64,000 nucleotides of DNA, from NCBI GenBank assembly GCA_043821445.1, contig JBDRCT010000037.1, positions 49,703 to 113,702 on the forward strand, read 5' to 3'. The notes below the pieces were generated by a model. That model was given only the letters and a program-made list of their open reading frames with translations, did no database searches and had not been told where the DNA came from. Positions 39,024-48,223 of the stretch are shown here, one piece after another; the first letter of the stretch is position 1, and each line of letters begins with the position of its first letter. The stretch comes from Candidatus Omnitrophota bacterium (GTDB taxonomy: Bacteria > Omnitrophota > Omnitrophia > Omnitrophales > Aquincolibacteriaceae). The position numbers and the translations under genes were made by a program.

Positions 39024-40784
39024 TCAATTTTCCGTTAATTGGCGGAAGATCTCCTGGGCCATCACCTCATTTCCATAGTTATTAGCATGAGCCCTATCTC
39101 TCGCGATGAGAAAATTTTCATACCGTTTAAATATACCTTCCAGGCTTAGATAATAGATCTCCGGATATTTTTGGCGGAAATTCACCAAAAAATTTTCTGT
39201 GAGCTTGTGATTCGAACGCGTTAAAAAGTTAAGCTGCGGAATGAAAACCACCTTGATCCCCTTTTCTTTACATAAGGTTATCAAGGCTTCAAAAAGAAAG
39301 TTCGGGTTCTCAATGGACGTCACTCGATCGCCGGAGTGCCATGCACCCAGGAACCTTTTTCTGATGTTTTCCACGGCCATGAATAAATAACTTTTACATA
39401 GAAAGTCGTATAGATACACGATCTCTTTGACCGGCTCCTTGAATTCAAGGGCGGCATATAAGAGCCGGTCGTTCTTGATCCAGCCGGAATTCTTTTCCAT
39501 CACCCTCTTGGCTCTCTGGTATAAAGCATAATCCTCCTCGAACTGTGCTTTATCATACTCCTCATAAAAGGGGCTCAGCGTGCCATAAAATAACATGAGG
39601 TCAGGATTGATTTTTTTCAATACTTCTCTCAAATAGACATTCATTTCTACATTCCTAAAGTTATCGCTCCAGGGAATGATGATGGGGATCACGATGTTTT
39701 TCTTTTGATTCCACGCATTCAATTTCTTTTCCAAAAGGGCCGGGAAATCTTGGTCAAACAAAGGGGGTCCGGCCATAAGAGGGGAAGAGCCTGCGCAGAG
39801 GATCCGCGTGGTGTGTTCGGGACTCGCTATCAGGTATTTGTTCGGCCGGTCACCAAAGTAAGACCTGATCGTAAGCTCCTTCGGATCGTTGAAGGCCCCA
39901 AAGAAATTAGTGGATATTTCGAATCGCCATTTGGGTTTCAGCCGATCGATATCCAGACCCGGGTCATGGGGGTAAGTCACTCTTAGAAATATTTCTATGA
40001 ATACCAGGGGAAAAACAAAAAGCAGGACCTTTCTGAAAAAGCGTCTCTCAGAACATGCCAGGGCAAGAAAGATCAGGACGCCGAGGGAAAGGAACACTTG
40101 CGAGATAAATTTATAAAAATAGAGCAGGGGAAAGTTGACATGGAATAAAACTCTTCCTTTTGGGTCGGAAATTTTTAGCTTATCAAGTATCACTTCTTCT
40201 CCTGCCGGGGGGATAGCCAAACCGAAACTATCATGGAGGGACTCAGGACCTAGCGGGATCTTTTCCGCGAATTTTCCGTTCACGTAAACAAGAACCGTTT
40301 TTTCTATCAGATCGCATTTCAAACGCAATTGGAAACCTTCCGATCGTTTAAACCCTGGTATCACGCACAAAGGTGAGAGCGGATACTTTATCGTTGAGAC
40401 ATATCCTTCCCGGCCCTGTTCATCCTTACAATAAACTCCCGAGGAGCTGCTATATTTGGACAGAATGAAGCTGCATCGATCACAAAATCGTATTTCGGCC
40501 CTACGGCAAGCAGACCGTGTCAGGCTGACTTCGATGTCGTACCGGGTCAAGTTACGAAGCTGACCTTCTTCCATCGCCTTAGGGTCCTCATATCCCCACA
40601 CTTCGTTTAATGCATAGAGTGATCGCCACTTTTTCCCCTGGGCTGCTATCTCTTTTTCACAGAATAGGATCGAAGAAGCTGCGACGATCATAAGGACGAG
40701 CGAAAATACGGCGATGGGTAATCTGCTTTTGCTTAATATTTCCGTGAGGGATGCGACTGAAAATCTTTTCATAACGTTGATCAA
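39024..40784 (-). CDS. Membrane protein, paralogue B of the tandem SGNH-like array
   Basis: Same architecture as A. The C-terminal ~100 aa and the spacer are nearly identical to the other copies. Confidence 0.7.
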   Translation of the reverse strand: MINVMKRFSVASLTEILSKSRLPIAVFSLVLMIVAASSILFCEKEIAAQGKKWRSLYALNEVWGYEDPKAMEEGQLRNLTRYDIEVSLTRSACRRAEIRFCDRCSFILSKYSSSSGVYCKDEQGREGYVSTIKYPLSPLCVIPGFKRSEGFQLRLKCDLIEKTVLVYVNGKFAEKIPLGPESLHDSFGLAIPPAGEEVILDKLKISDPKGRVLFHVNFPLLYFYKFISQVFLSLGVLIFLALACSERRFFRKVLLFVFPLVFIEIFLRVTYPHDPGLDIDRLKPKWRFEISTNFFGAFNDPKELTIRSYFGDRPNKYLIASPEHTTRILCAGSSPLMAGPPLFDQDFPALLEKKLNAWNQKKNIVIPIIIPWSDNFRNVEMNVYLREVLKKINPDLMLFYGTLSPFYEEYDKAQFEEDYALYQRAKRVMEKNSGWIKNDRLLYAALEFKEPVKEIVYLYDFLCKSYLFMAVENIRKRFLGAWHSGDRVTSIENPNFLFEALITLCKEKGIKVVFIPQLNFLTRSNHKLTENFLVNFRQKYPEIYYLSLEGIFKRYENFLIARDRAHANNYGNEVMAQEIFRQLTEN

Positions 40785-40889
40785 GCGGTATCAGGCCCCT
40801 GGGCTAACAGGTTTATTATAAAAAACGTCCGTTCGAGAACGTCAGTGAACTTACCGATCATTTGTGGATATCGAGCGATCCTTTTTCTG

Positions 40890-42647
40890 TCAATTTTCCG
40901 TTAATTGGCGGAAGATCTCCTGGGCTATCACTTCATGCCCATAATTGTTAGTATGAGAGTTATCTATCGCGATGAGAAAATTTTCATACCGTTCAAATAT
41001 ACCTTCCAGGCTTAGATAATAGATCTCCGGATATTTTTGGCGGAAATTCACCAAAAAATTTTCTGTGAGCTTGTGATTCGAACGCGTTAAAAAGTCGAGC
41101 TGCGGGATGAAAACCACCTTGATCCCCTTTTCTTTACATAAGGTTATCAATGCTTCAAAAAGAAAGTCCGGGTTCTCAATGGACGTCGCTCGGTCGCCGG
41201 AGTGCCATGCGCCCAGGAACCTTTTTCTGATGTTTTCCACGGCCATGAATAAATAACTTTTACATAAAAAGTCGTATAGATACACGATCTCTTTGACCGG
41301 CTCCTTGAATTCAAGGGCGGCATACAAGAGCCGGTCGTTCTTGATCCAGCCGGAATTCTTTTCCATCACCCTCTTGGCTCTCTGGTATAAAGCATAATCC
41401 TCCTCGAACTGTGCCTTGCTGCGCTCGTCTCTAAAGGGAACCAGCATGCCATAGAATAATATGAGATCAGGATTCATTTTGTTTAATACTTCTTTCAAAT
41501 ATATGTTCATCCCTAAGCTGTAAAAACTAGCCATCCCGGGAAGGACTAGGGGAATGACCATGTTTTTCTTTTGATTCCAGGCATTCAATTTCCTTTCCAA
41601 AAGGGCCGGGAAAGCTTGGGCCAGGGAAAGGGCTCCGCCTTCCAGGGGGGAAGCTCCTGCGCAGACGATCCGCATAGCGTGGTCGGGGTTCGCTACCCGG
41701 TATGTGCGCAATTCGCCAGAGCCAGACTCGAGCGTGAGCTCCTTCGGATCGTTGAAGGCCCCAAAAAAATTAGTGGATATCTCGAATCGCCATTTGGGTT
41801 TCAGTTGACCGATGTCCAGACCCGGATCATGCGGGTAAGCCACTCTTAAAAATGCTTCCAGGAAAAACAGGGGGAAGACAAAAAAGAGTAACTTTCTGAA
41901 AAAGCGCTTTTCAGAACATGCCAGGGCAAGAAAGATCAGCACTCCGAGGGAAAGAAACCCTTGCGAGATAAGCCTGAAAAAAATGAGCGGGACGAAATTA
42001 ATGCTGGATAAAACCTTCCCCTTTGGGTCGGAAATTTCCAGCCTGTTAAGTATCACTTCTTTTCCCACCGGGTGGATCACTAAACCAAAACTATCATGGA
42101 CGGGCTCAGGACCCAGCGGGATCTTTTCCATGAATTTTCCGTTCATGTAAACAAGGACTGTTTTTTCTACCAAATCGCACTTCAAAAGCAGCTTGACGCC
42201 TCCTAACCGTTCATGCCACGCCATCACGCGCGTCGATGGGTACGGATACTCTGCCGTCGAGACATATGTTTCCCGGCCTTGTTCATCCTTATAATAAACT
42301 CCTGAGAGTTTGCTATCTCCGGACAGAACAAAACTGTATTTATCGCAAAATCGTATGGCGATCCTATGGTAGGCAAACCGTGTCAGGCTGACTTTGATGT
42401 CATACCGGGTCAAGTTACGAAGCTGTCCCTCTTCCATCGCCTTAGGGTCCTCATATCCCCACACCTCTTTCAGCTCATAGAGCGATCGCCACTTTTTTTC
42501 CAAGACTGGGATCTTTTGATCGCAGAATAGGATCGAAGAAGCTGCAATGATCATAAAGAGCAATGAAAATACGGCGATGAGTAGTCTGCTCTTGCTTAAT
42601 ATTTCCGTGAGGGATGCGACTGAAGATCTTTTCATAATGTTGATCAA
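40890..42647 (-). CDS. Membrane protein, paralogue C of the tandem SGNH-like array
   Basis: Same architecture; most divergent ecto-domain (Cys pattern partly lost). Confidence 0.7.
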   Translation of the reverse strand: MINIMKRSSVASLTEILSKSRLLIAVFSLLFMIIAASSILFCDQKIPVLEKKWRSLYELKEVWGYEDPKAMEEGQLRNLTRYDIKVSLTRFAYHRIAIRFCDKYSFVLSGDSKLSGVYYKDEQGRETYVSTAEYPYPSTRVMAWHERLGGVKLLLKCDLVEKTVLVYMNGKFMEKIPLGPEPVHDSFGLVIHPVGKEVILNRLEISDPKGKVLSSINFVPLIFFRLISQGFLSLGVLIFLALACSEKRFFRKLLFFVFPLFFLEAFLRVAYPHDPGLDIGQLKPKWRFEISTNFFGAFNDPKELTLESGSGELRTYRVANPDHAMRIVCAGASPLEGGALSLAQAFPALLERKLNAWNQKKNMVIPLVLPGMASFYSLGMNIYLKEVLNKMNPDLILFYGMLVPFRDERSKAQFEEDYALYQRAKRVMEKNSGWIKNDRLLYAALEFKEPVKEIVYLYDFLCKSYLFMAVENIRKRFLGAWHSGDRATSIENPDFLFEALITLCKEKGIKVVFIPQLDFLTRSNHKLTENFLVNFRQKYPEIYYLSLEGIFERYENFLIAIDNSHTNNYGHEVIAQEIFRQLTEN

Positions 42648-42752
42648 GCGGTATCAGGCCCCTGGGCTAACAGGTTTATTATAAAAAACGTCTGTTCAAG
42701 AATGTCGGTGAACTTATCGATTACTTATTGATATCGAGCAATCCTTTTTGTA

Positions 42753-44499
42753 TCAATTTTCCGTTAATTGGCGGAAAATCTCTTCAGCTATGACCTCGTG
42801 CCCATAGCTGCTCAGGTGAAACCGGTCTTTCATGATGGTAAAATGTTCATTCCTTTCAAATATGCTTTCCAGGCTTAAATAATAAGTCTCCGGATGTTTC
42901 CGGCGCAAATTCGCCAACGGATCCCCCGTTTGCCTGTCATTCGAGCGCGTTAAAAAGTCGAGCTGCGGAATGAAAACCACCTTGATCCCCTTTTCTTTAC
43001 ATAAGGTTATCAAGGCTTCAAAAAGAAAGTCCGGGTTCTCAATGGACGTCGCTCGGTCGCCGGAGTACCATGCGCCCAGGAACCTTTTCCTGATGTTTTC
43101 CACGGCCATGAATAAATAACTTTTACATAGAAAGTCGTATAGATACACGATCTCTTTGACCGGCTCCTTGAATTCAAGAGCGGCATAGAGTAACCGGTCG
43201 TTCTTGATCCAGCCGGAGTTCTTTTCCATCACCTTCTTTGCTCTCTGGTACAGGACATAATCCTTCTCGAACTGTGCTTCGTCATACCCCTTACTAGCAG
43301 ACAGTAACTTGCCATAAAATAATATGAGGTCAGGATTCATTTTATTTAATACTTCTTTCAAATAAATATTCATTTCTACATTGTTAAGGCGTTCAAACCA
43401 GGGAACGATTATGGGGATCACTACATTTTTCTTTTCACTTCGTGCATTTAATTTCCTTTCCAAAATGGCCGGAAAAGCTTGATCGGGGAAAGGGGCTCCC
43501 GCAAAAAGAGGGGAAGAGCCTGCGCAGAGAATCCGCATCGCGTGCTCGGGGTTCGCTACCTGGTAGGTGCGTGGAGGGCACCCGTAAGAATGAATCGTGA
43601 GTTCCCTCGGATCGTTGAAGGCCCCAAAGAAATTAGTGGATGTCTCGAATCGCCATTTGGGTTTCAGTTGACCGATGTCCAGACCCGGGTCATGGGGGTA
43701 AGTCACTCTTAGAAATATTTCTATGAATACCAGGGGGAAAGCAAAAAGTAGCACCTTTCTGAAGAGGCGCTTTTCAGAACATCCCAGGGCAAAAAGGATC
43801 AGCACTCCCAGGGAAAGAAACACTTGCGAGATGAGTTTAAAAAAAAAGGAGCGGAAAAAAATTAACGCTGTATAACACTCTCCCCTTTGGGCCGGAAATT
43901 TCCAGTTTGTCAAGCATTGCTTCTCTCCTCCACGGAGGGATGGCCAAGCCAAAGTTATTATTGACGGGCTCGGGACCCAGGAGGATCTTTTCCATGAATT
44001 CCCCGTTCATGTAAACGAGGACCGTTTTTGCCACTAGATCACATTTAAAAAGAAAATGGTAGTTTTTGGGTTGTTGATGCCCTGTCATCGCGCGCATAGG
44101 TGCGCACGGATACTCTACCTTCGAAACATATTCTTCCCGACCCTGCCCATCCTTATAATAAACTCCCGAGGGTTTGTTATTTTCCGTCATAATAAAGCTG
44201 TATTTATCACAAAACAGTATTTCCACCCTGCGTTGGTCACTCCGTGTCAGACTGACTTTGATGTCATACCGGGTTGGGTCACGGGCCGGACCCGCGTCCG
44301 TCGCCTTAGGGTCCTCATATCCCCACACCTCATTTAACTGACAGAGCGATCGCCACTTTTTTTCCAGCTTTCTTATCTCTCCTTCGCAAAATAGGATTGA
44401 AGAAGCTGCGACGATCATAAGGACGAGCGAAAATACGGCGATAGGTGATCTGTTTTTGCGTAATATTTCCGTGAGGGATGCAGCTGAGAATTTTTTCAT
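42753..44499 (-). pseudogene. Paralogue D of the array, split by a +1 frameshift near A9/A7 homopolymer tracts (ORFs 43837-44742 and 42753-43952)
   Basis: The N-terminal and C-terminal halves lie in different frames. Alignment with copy A shows one extra base in gcggaaaaaaattaac (43850-43865). The true start is MKKFSAASLTE at 44499. Confidence 0.65.
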
Positions 44500-44582
44500 G
44501 ATGTCAATGAAGCGGCAACAGGCGATGGACCCCATTGATTGATTATAAAAATGCTCGTTCGAGAGAGAAGGATCGGAGGCTT

Positions 44583-45716
44583 TTAGACCGCGGGCAAGGT
44601 GAAAAAGAAAGTCGAGCCAACCCCGGATTTGCCCGCCGTACTGTCTTGAACGTCTACCGCTGAGCCGGACGGATCCGTTGTGCGGTGGGTCGAAGATTCT
44701 ACCCAAATGCGCCCGCCGCAACGCTCCACGATCTTCTGGCACGTCGCCAAACCGATCCCCGACCCCGGATATTTTTGCCGCGTCGCCAATTTTTCAAACA
44801 TGAGAAAAATGCGTTCCCGGAGCGCTTCGGGGACCCCGATCCCGTTGTCTTGGACAGAAAAAAGCCATTCTTTTTCTTTGCGGACGGCCGAAATATGGAC
44901 GCGCGGTTCTTTTTCGCAGTATTTGATCGCGTTGCCGATCAGGTTTTGAAAAAGCAATCCCGCGAGGCCCGGATCGATCGGTAAGGCCGGTAAGGGATCG
45001 CAGATCACTTCCGCTTTTTTTTGGAGTATCAAAAAATGGAAGTCCTTGATCACTTCCTTGACGACCTTTTCCAATTCCAAGGGGGACTGCGGGGCCTTGG
45101 ATTTTTGAACATTGGCGTAATTCAAAAGCGCTTTGATAAAAAGGATCATCCGGTTCACGGTGGTGATAATACGTTCCATGAAATCTTTCGCCGTCTCATC
45201 TCCTGAATCCTGATACTTGTCTTTCAAGAGCTCCGCAAAACCCAAAATAGTCGCCAAAGGGGATTGAAGATCGTGGGCCGCCTTCGATGCGAACAATTCG
45301 AGCTCGAGATTGGAACGGGCTAGTTCGTCCGATTTTATTTTAAGCTGTTCTTCCTTGCTCCGGATGATGCCGGTCATCATGCAGACGACTGTAAATGTTA
45401 GGACACGCACGAGGCCATTCACGAGCAAAAAAGGCGAATCCTTTTGGGCGATAGACCACAGGATCGATGACAGAACCACCATAAGCCAACCCGGCCGGTC
45501 CCCCCAATACCAAGTCACGGCCATGATGGAAGGGATATAAAAAATATAAAAGGCGACTTCGTCGCCGGTCATTACATCCAGATTAAAAATAAGAAGCGTG
45601 GCGCAAAGGATAAGGAGGCCCTCAAGCATTTCCAGGGCCTTGCTTTTTTTAGGCGGTCTCTTTTGAGAAGTGATCTTCATCAAGGAATAGTATAAACTTG
45701 CATCCCGAACTGTCAA
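44583..45716 (-). CDS. Intramembrane-sensing histidine kinase (multi-TM N-terminus + HisKA + HATPase_c)
   Basis: AHDLQSPLATILGFAELL H-box; GSGIGLATCQKIVERCGGRIWVES. No cognate receiver gene adjacent. Confidence 0.85.
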   Translation of the reverse strand: MTVRDASLYYSLMKITSQKRPPKKSKALEMLEGLLILCATLLIFNLDVMTGDEVAFYIFYIPSIMAVTWYWGDRPGWLMVVLSSILWSIAQKDSPFLLVNGLVRVLTFTVVCMMTGIIRSKEEQLKIKSDELARSNLELELFASKAAHDLQSPLATILGFAELLKDKYQDSGDETAKDFMERIITTVNRMILFIKALLNYANVQKSKAPQSPLELEKVVKEVIKDFHFLILQKKAEVICDPLPALPIDPGLAGLLFQNLIGNAIKYCEKEPRVHISAVRKEKEWLFSVQDNGIGVPEALRERIFLMFEKLATRQKYPGSGIGLATCQKIVERCGGRIWVESSTHRTTDPSGSAVDVQDSTAGKSGVGSTFFFTLPAV

Positions 45717-45814
45717 CGCGCATCCTGCTTTAAACGGCTATTTTTTATTATTGGGATGCGTCATCACTTGGATTACGGCTTTCCCCCAGCTTTGATCTCT
45801 TGCTATAATCTTCC

Positions 45815-46753
45815 ATGACTTTGATCAGCGTCATCATCCCCACCTACAACCGCAAAACGGTCCTGCCCCGCGCGATCGGCTCCGTCCTCGCGCAATCCGC
45901 CACAAAGCGCTGGACGGATCCGTCCTTTGGCGGAAAAGGCGCAGACCTTGAACTTATCGTTGTCGATGACGGTTCCACAGACAATACGTGCGCAACGGTC
46001 AACGCTCAACGTTCAACGAAAGATAATTCCCGCGAAAACGGCGATCTGAACGGACCAGAAACACGCTGTGCGTTGCACGTCGTGCGTTGCGCGGAAAATA
46101 AAGGCCCCGCCGCCGCCCGGAACCTCGGGATCCGGGAAGCGAAGGGCGAGTGGATCGCGTTCCTGGATTCGGATGATGAATGGAAACCCGGCAAGCTTAG
46201 GGCCCAGCTGGAATTCTTCGGGAAAAATCCGGACCACCTCATTTGCCAGACCGAGGAGATCTGGGTGCGCAACGGCACGCGCGTCAACCCGATGAAGAAG
46301 CACAAAAAATCCGGCGGATGGATCTTTGAAAAATGTCTGCCGCTTTGCATCGTAAGCCCTTCAGCTGTGATGATGCACCGGAGCCTCTTCGATGAGGTCG
46401 GGTTTTTCGACGAATCGCTTCCAGCTTGCGAGGACTATGACCTCTGGCTTCGGATCGCCGCAAAATATCCCATCGGCTTAATCGAAAAACCTTATCTTAT
46501 CAAATACGGCGGCCATGCGGACCAGCGCTCCCGTGAATTCCCGGCCATGGACCTCTTCAGGATCCAATCGCTCGTTAAGATCCTTTCTCAAAATATCCTC
46601 ACCCCCGAACAAACTTGCGCCGCGCGGCGAATGTTGGAAGAAAAATCGAGGATCTTCATCGCAGGGGCGCTCAAACGCGGAAGAGAGGAAGAAGCGGAAG
46701 AAATCCAAAAGCTCGCGCAAAGCGCAACGGTCAACGCTCAACGGCTAAGCTAG
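45815..46753 (+). CDS. Family-2 glycosyltransferase carrying MITE-derived sequence
   Basis: VIIPTYNR ... LIVVDDGSTDNT ... AARNLGIREAKGEWIAFLDSDDEW (GT2 DXD region). Contains a 35-aa in-frame insert and a MITE-encoded C-terminus. Confidence 0.85.
   Translation: MTLISVIIPTYNRKTVLPRAIGSVLAQSATKRWTDPSFGGKGADLELIVVDDGSTDNTCATVNAQRSTKDNSRENGDLNGPETRCALHVVRCAENKGPAAARNLGIREAKGEWIAFLDSDDEWKPGKLRAQLEFFGKNPDHLICQTEEIWVRNGTRVNPMKKHKKSGGWIFEKCLPLCIVSPSAVMMHRSLFDEVGFFDESLPACEDYDLWLRIAAKYPIGLIEKPYLIKYGGHADQRSREFPAMDLFRIQSLVKILSQNILTPEQTCAARRMLEEKSRIFIAGALKRGREEEAEEIQKLAQSATVNAQRLS
45989..46093. repeat. MITE-like element, family 3 (TIR GCGCAACGGTCAACGCTCAACG), 105 bp, in-frame inside the GT2 CDS
   Basis: tgcgcaacggtcaacgctcaacgttcaacg ... 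cgctgtgcgttgcacgtcgtgcgttgcgcgg. Length 105 = 35 codons with no stop. Sits between the DGSTD and NKG..AARN blocks. Confidence 0.7.
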
Positions 46754-46790
46754 GTTTTTATGTTGTCCGTTGCGCGTTGAACGTTGCGCT
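46721..46790. repeat. MITE-like element, family 3, minimal ~70-bp hairpin copy spanning the stop codons of two convergent genes
   Basis: agcgcaacggtcaacgctcaacgg-ctaagctaggtttttatgttgt-ccgttgcgcgttgaacgttgcgct. The GT2 TAG (46751) and the permease stop (46789-46791) both fall inside the element. Confidence 0.75.
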
Positions 46791-47838
46791 AGAACTTGTT
46801 GAAGATCCATCCCAGCAGCACCACCTGCGGCAAACTGACTGCGAGCATCCAAAGCGCGGTCCTGGGCCCAAGATTTTTCCACACCAGACCGATCTCGGTG
46901 AGGTCCGTCACGACGCCCCCCATCAGGAACGCGAACGCATTGCCGAAAGCACCCGTCTGCTGATAGATCGTGAAAGCCAAGGGCGACGTCCCTTCGGAAC
47001 AGACCTCAAGGACCGTCGCGAGGGCCATGGTGATCAAAAGCCCGAGCAGGGTCGGCCCGAAATAATGGTGGAAAGTATGCCCCGGCACAAAGGTGGTGAC
47101 CAGGCCTCCCAGGACGATGCCGACCAGGATCCACGGCAACACCATTCCGGCAAGACTGATCGCGCCGACGGACACTCCACGGAACGCCTTCCAGAAGTTC
47201 TCATGGCTGAACTCGTGTTCCTTGAAACGGCGCAGGATATCCCGCCAGATCGAAAATCCTTCTTCCACTTCGACGGAGTTGCGATTCCTTTCGATCCATC
47301 CCAAACGGTCCAGTCCCTGCAAGATAGATCCGGTGGTCACCGCGACGAGAAGCGCTCCCCCCACGATCAAAAACGCCTTGGCCCCGAAGAACCCGAAGAG
47401 AAGGATCGTGATGGGAAGGTTCGCCCAGGGGCTCGCGAGAAGGAAGCTCACGACGGCGGGGCCGGAGGCCCCTTTTTTATGGATCTCCATCGAGATTGCG
47501 AGGATCCCGTGACAGCAGGCGCTCATGAGGAACCCTAACCCGACGGAATAAAGGATCGTCCGCTTCCTCGGGACCGAGAGATGTTTCGAAATGTAAGTTT
47601 TTGGAACGTAATGGTCGATCAACCCGCCCACAAAAAAACCGATCACGACGGGCCAAAACATCATCCCGACATATTCGCGAAAAGTCCGGTGGAAACCCGC
47701 CATTGCGGGAAAAAGAAAAGATGCGCCTAAGAGCGCGAGCGTCAGGGCGATGACAAAAAAAAGCCCCGTTTTATACCACGGCCTTTTTTTGCTATCTTTC
47801 TCGCAGCAGGTCTCTGTGCTCACTATACTGTTCTCCAT
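46789..47838 (-). CDS. COG0701/DUF318-family predicted permease
   Basis: Polytopic membrane protein with paired Cys motifs (MSACCHGIL). Family assigned by overall similarity only. Confidence 0.6.
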   Translation of the reverse strand: MENSIVSTETCCEKDSKKRPWYKTGLFFVIALTLALLGASFLFPAMAGFHRTFREYVGMMFWPVVIGFFVGGLIDHYVPKTYISKHLSVPRKRTILYSVGLGFLMSACCHGILAISMEIHKKGASGPAVVSFLLASPWANLPITILLFGFFGAKAFLIVGGALLVAVTTGSILQGLDRLGWIERNRNSVEVEEGFSIWRDILRRFKEHEFSHENFWKAFRGVSVGAISLAGMVLPWILVGIVLGGLVTTFVPGHTFHHYFGPTLLGLLITMALATVLEVCSEGTSPLAFTIYQQTGAFGNAFAFLMGGVVTDLTEIGLVWKNLGPRTALWMLAVSLPQVVLLGWIFNKF

Positions 47839-47901
47839 TTGATTTTAAGGGTTAACAGTATTGCCCAAGTCTTTATTTCTTTTTATGAATGGAGACTTGG
47901 A

Positions 47902-48204
47902 CTAGAGACTCCCCTGCTCCATATCGCGTTCCATTTCCGCCGATGCCGCGGCATCCGCCTTGGCGGCATATTGAGCCGGATCGCTTAGAAAAGTCTTTTC
48001 GCACATGGGGCAACAAAGACCGTAGCGCTTGCCTTCATAAACCACGAAATTTTGCCCGCTCACCGGTCCGCCCATCACCGGGCACATCTTATTGCCCACA
48101 TCCACGATCCCTGTTTGTGCCGTATCTTCCGTCGCAAAAACCTGCGGCAGCGCGAACGGCATCAGAAACAGCACGAGCATCGCAACGACCAATAGTTTTT
48201 TCAT
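47902..48204 (-). CDS. Secreted YHS/TRASH-type metal-binding domain protein
   Basis: Signal peptide, then CPVMGGPV ... YEGKRYGLCCPMCEKTF (YHS-like Cys pattern). Sits next to the cus genes. Confidence 0.65.
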   Translation of the reverse strand: MKKLLVVAMLVLFLMPFALPQVFATEDTAQTGIVDVGNKMCPVMGGPVSGQNFVVYEGKRYGLCCPMCEKTFLSDPAQYAAKADAAASAEMERDMEQGSL

Positions 48205-48223
48205 GTTGATCCTCCTTAAGTGA

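Larger units (their letters stand above)
37113..44499. repeat. Tandem ~1.86-kb gene-plus-spacer repeat x4 (periods 1863, 1866, 1863 bp)
   Basis: Near-identical ~105-bp spacers (taatgttgatcaagcggtatcaggcccctgg ... ccgttaattggcggaagatctcc) and near-identical 3' gene segments. The 5' halves are mosaic. Confidence 0.9.
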
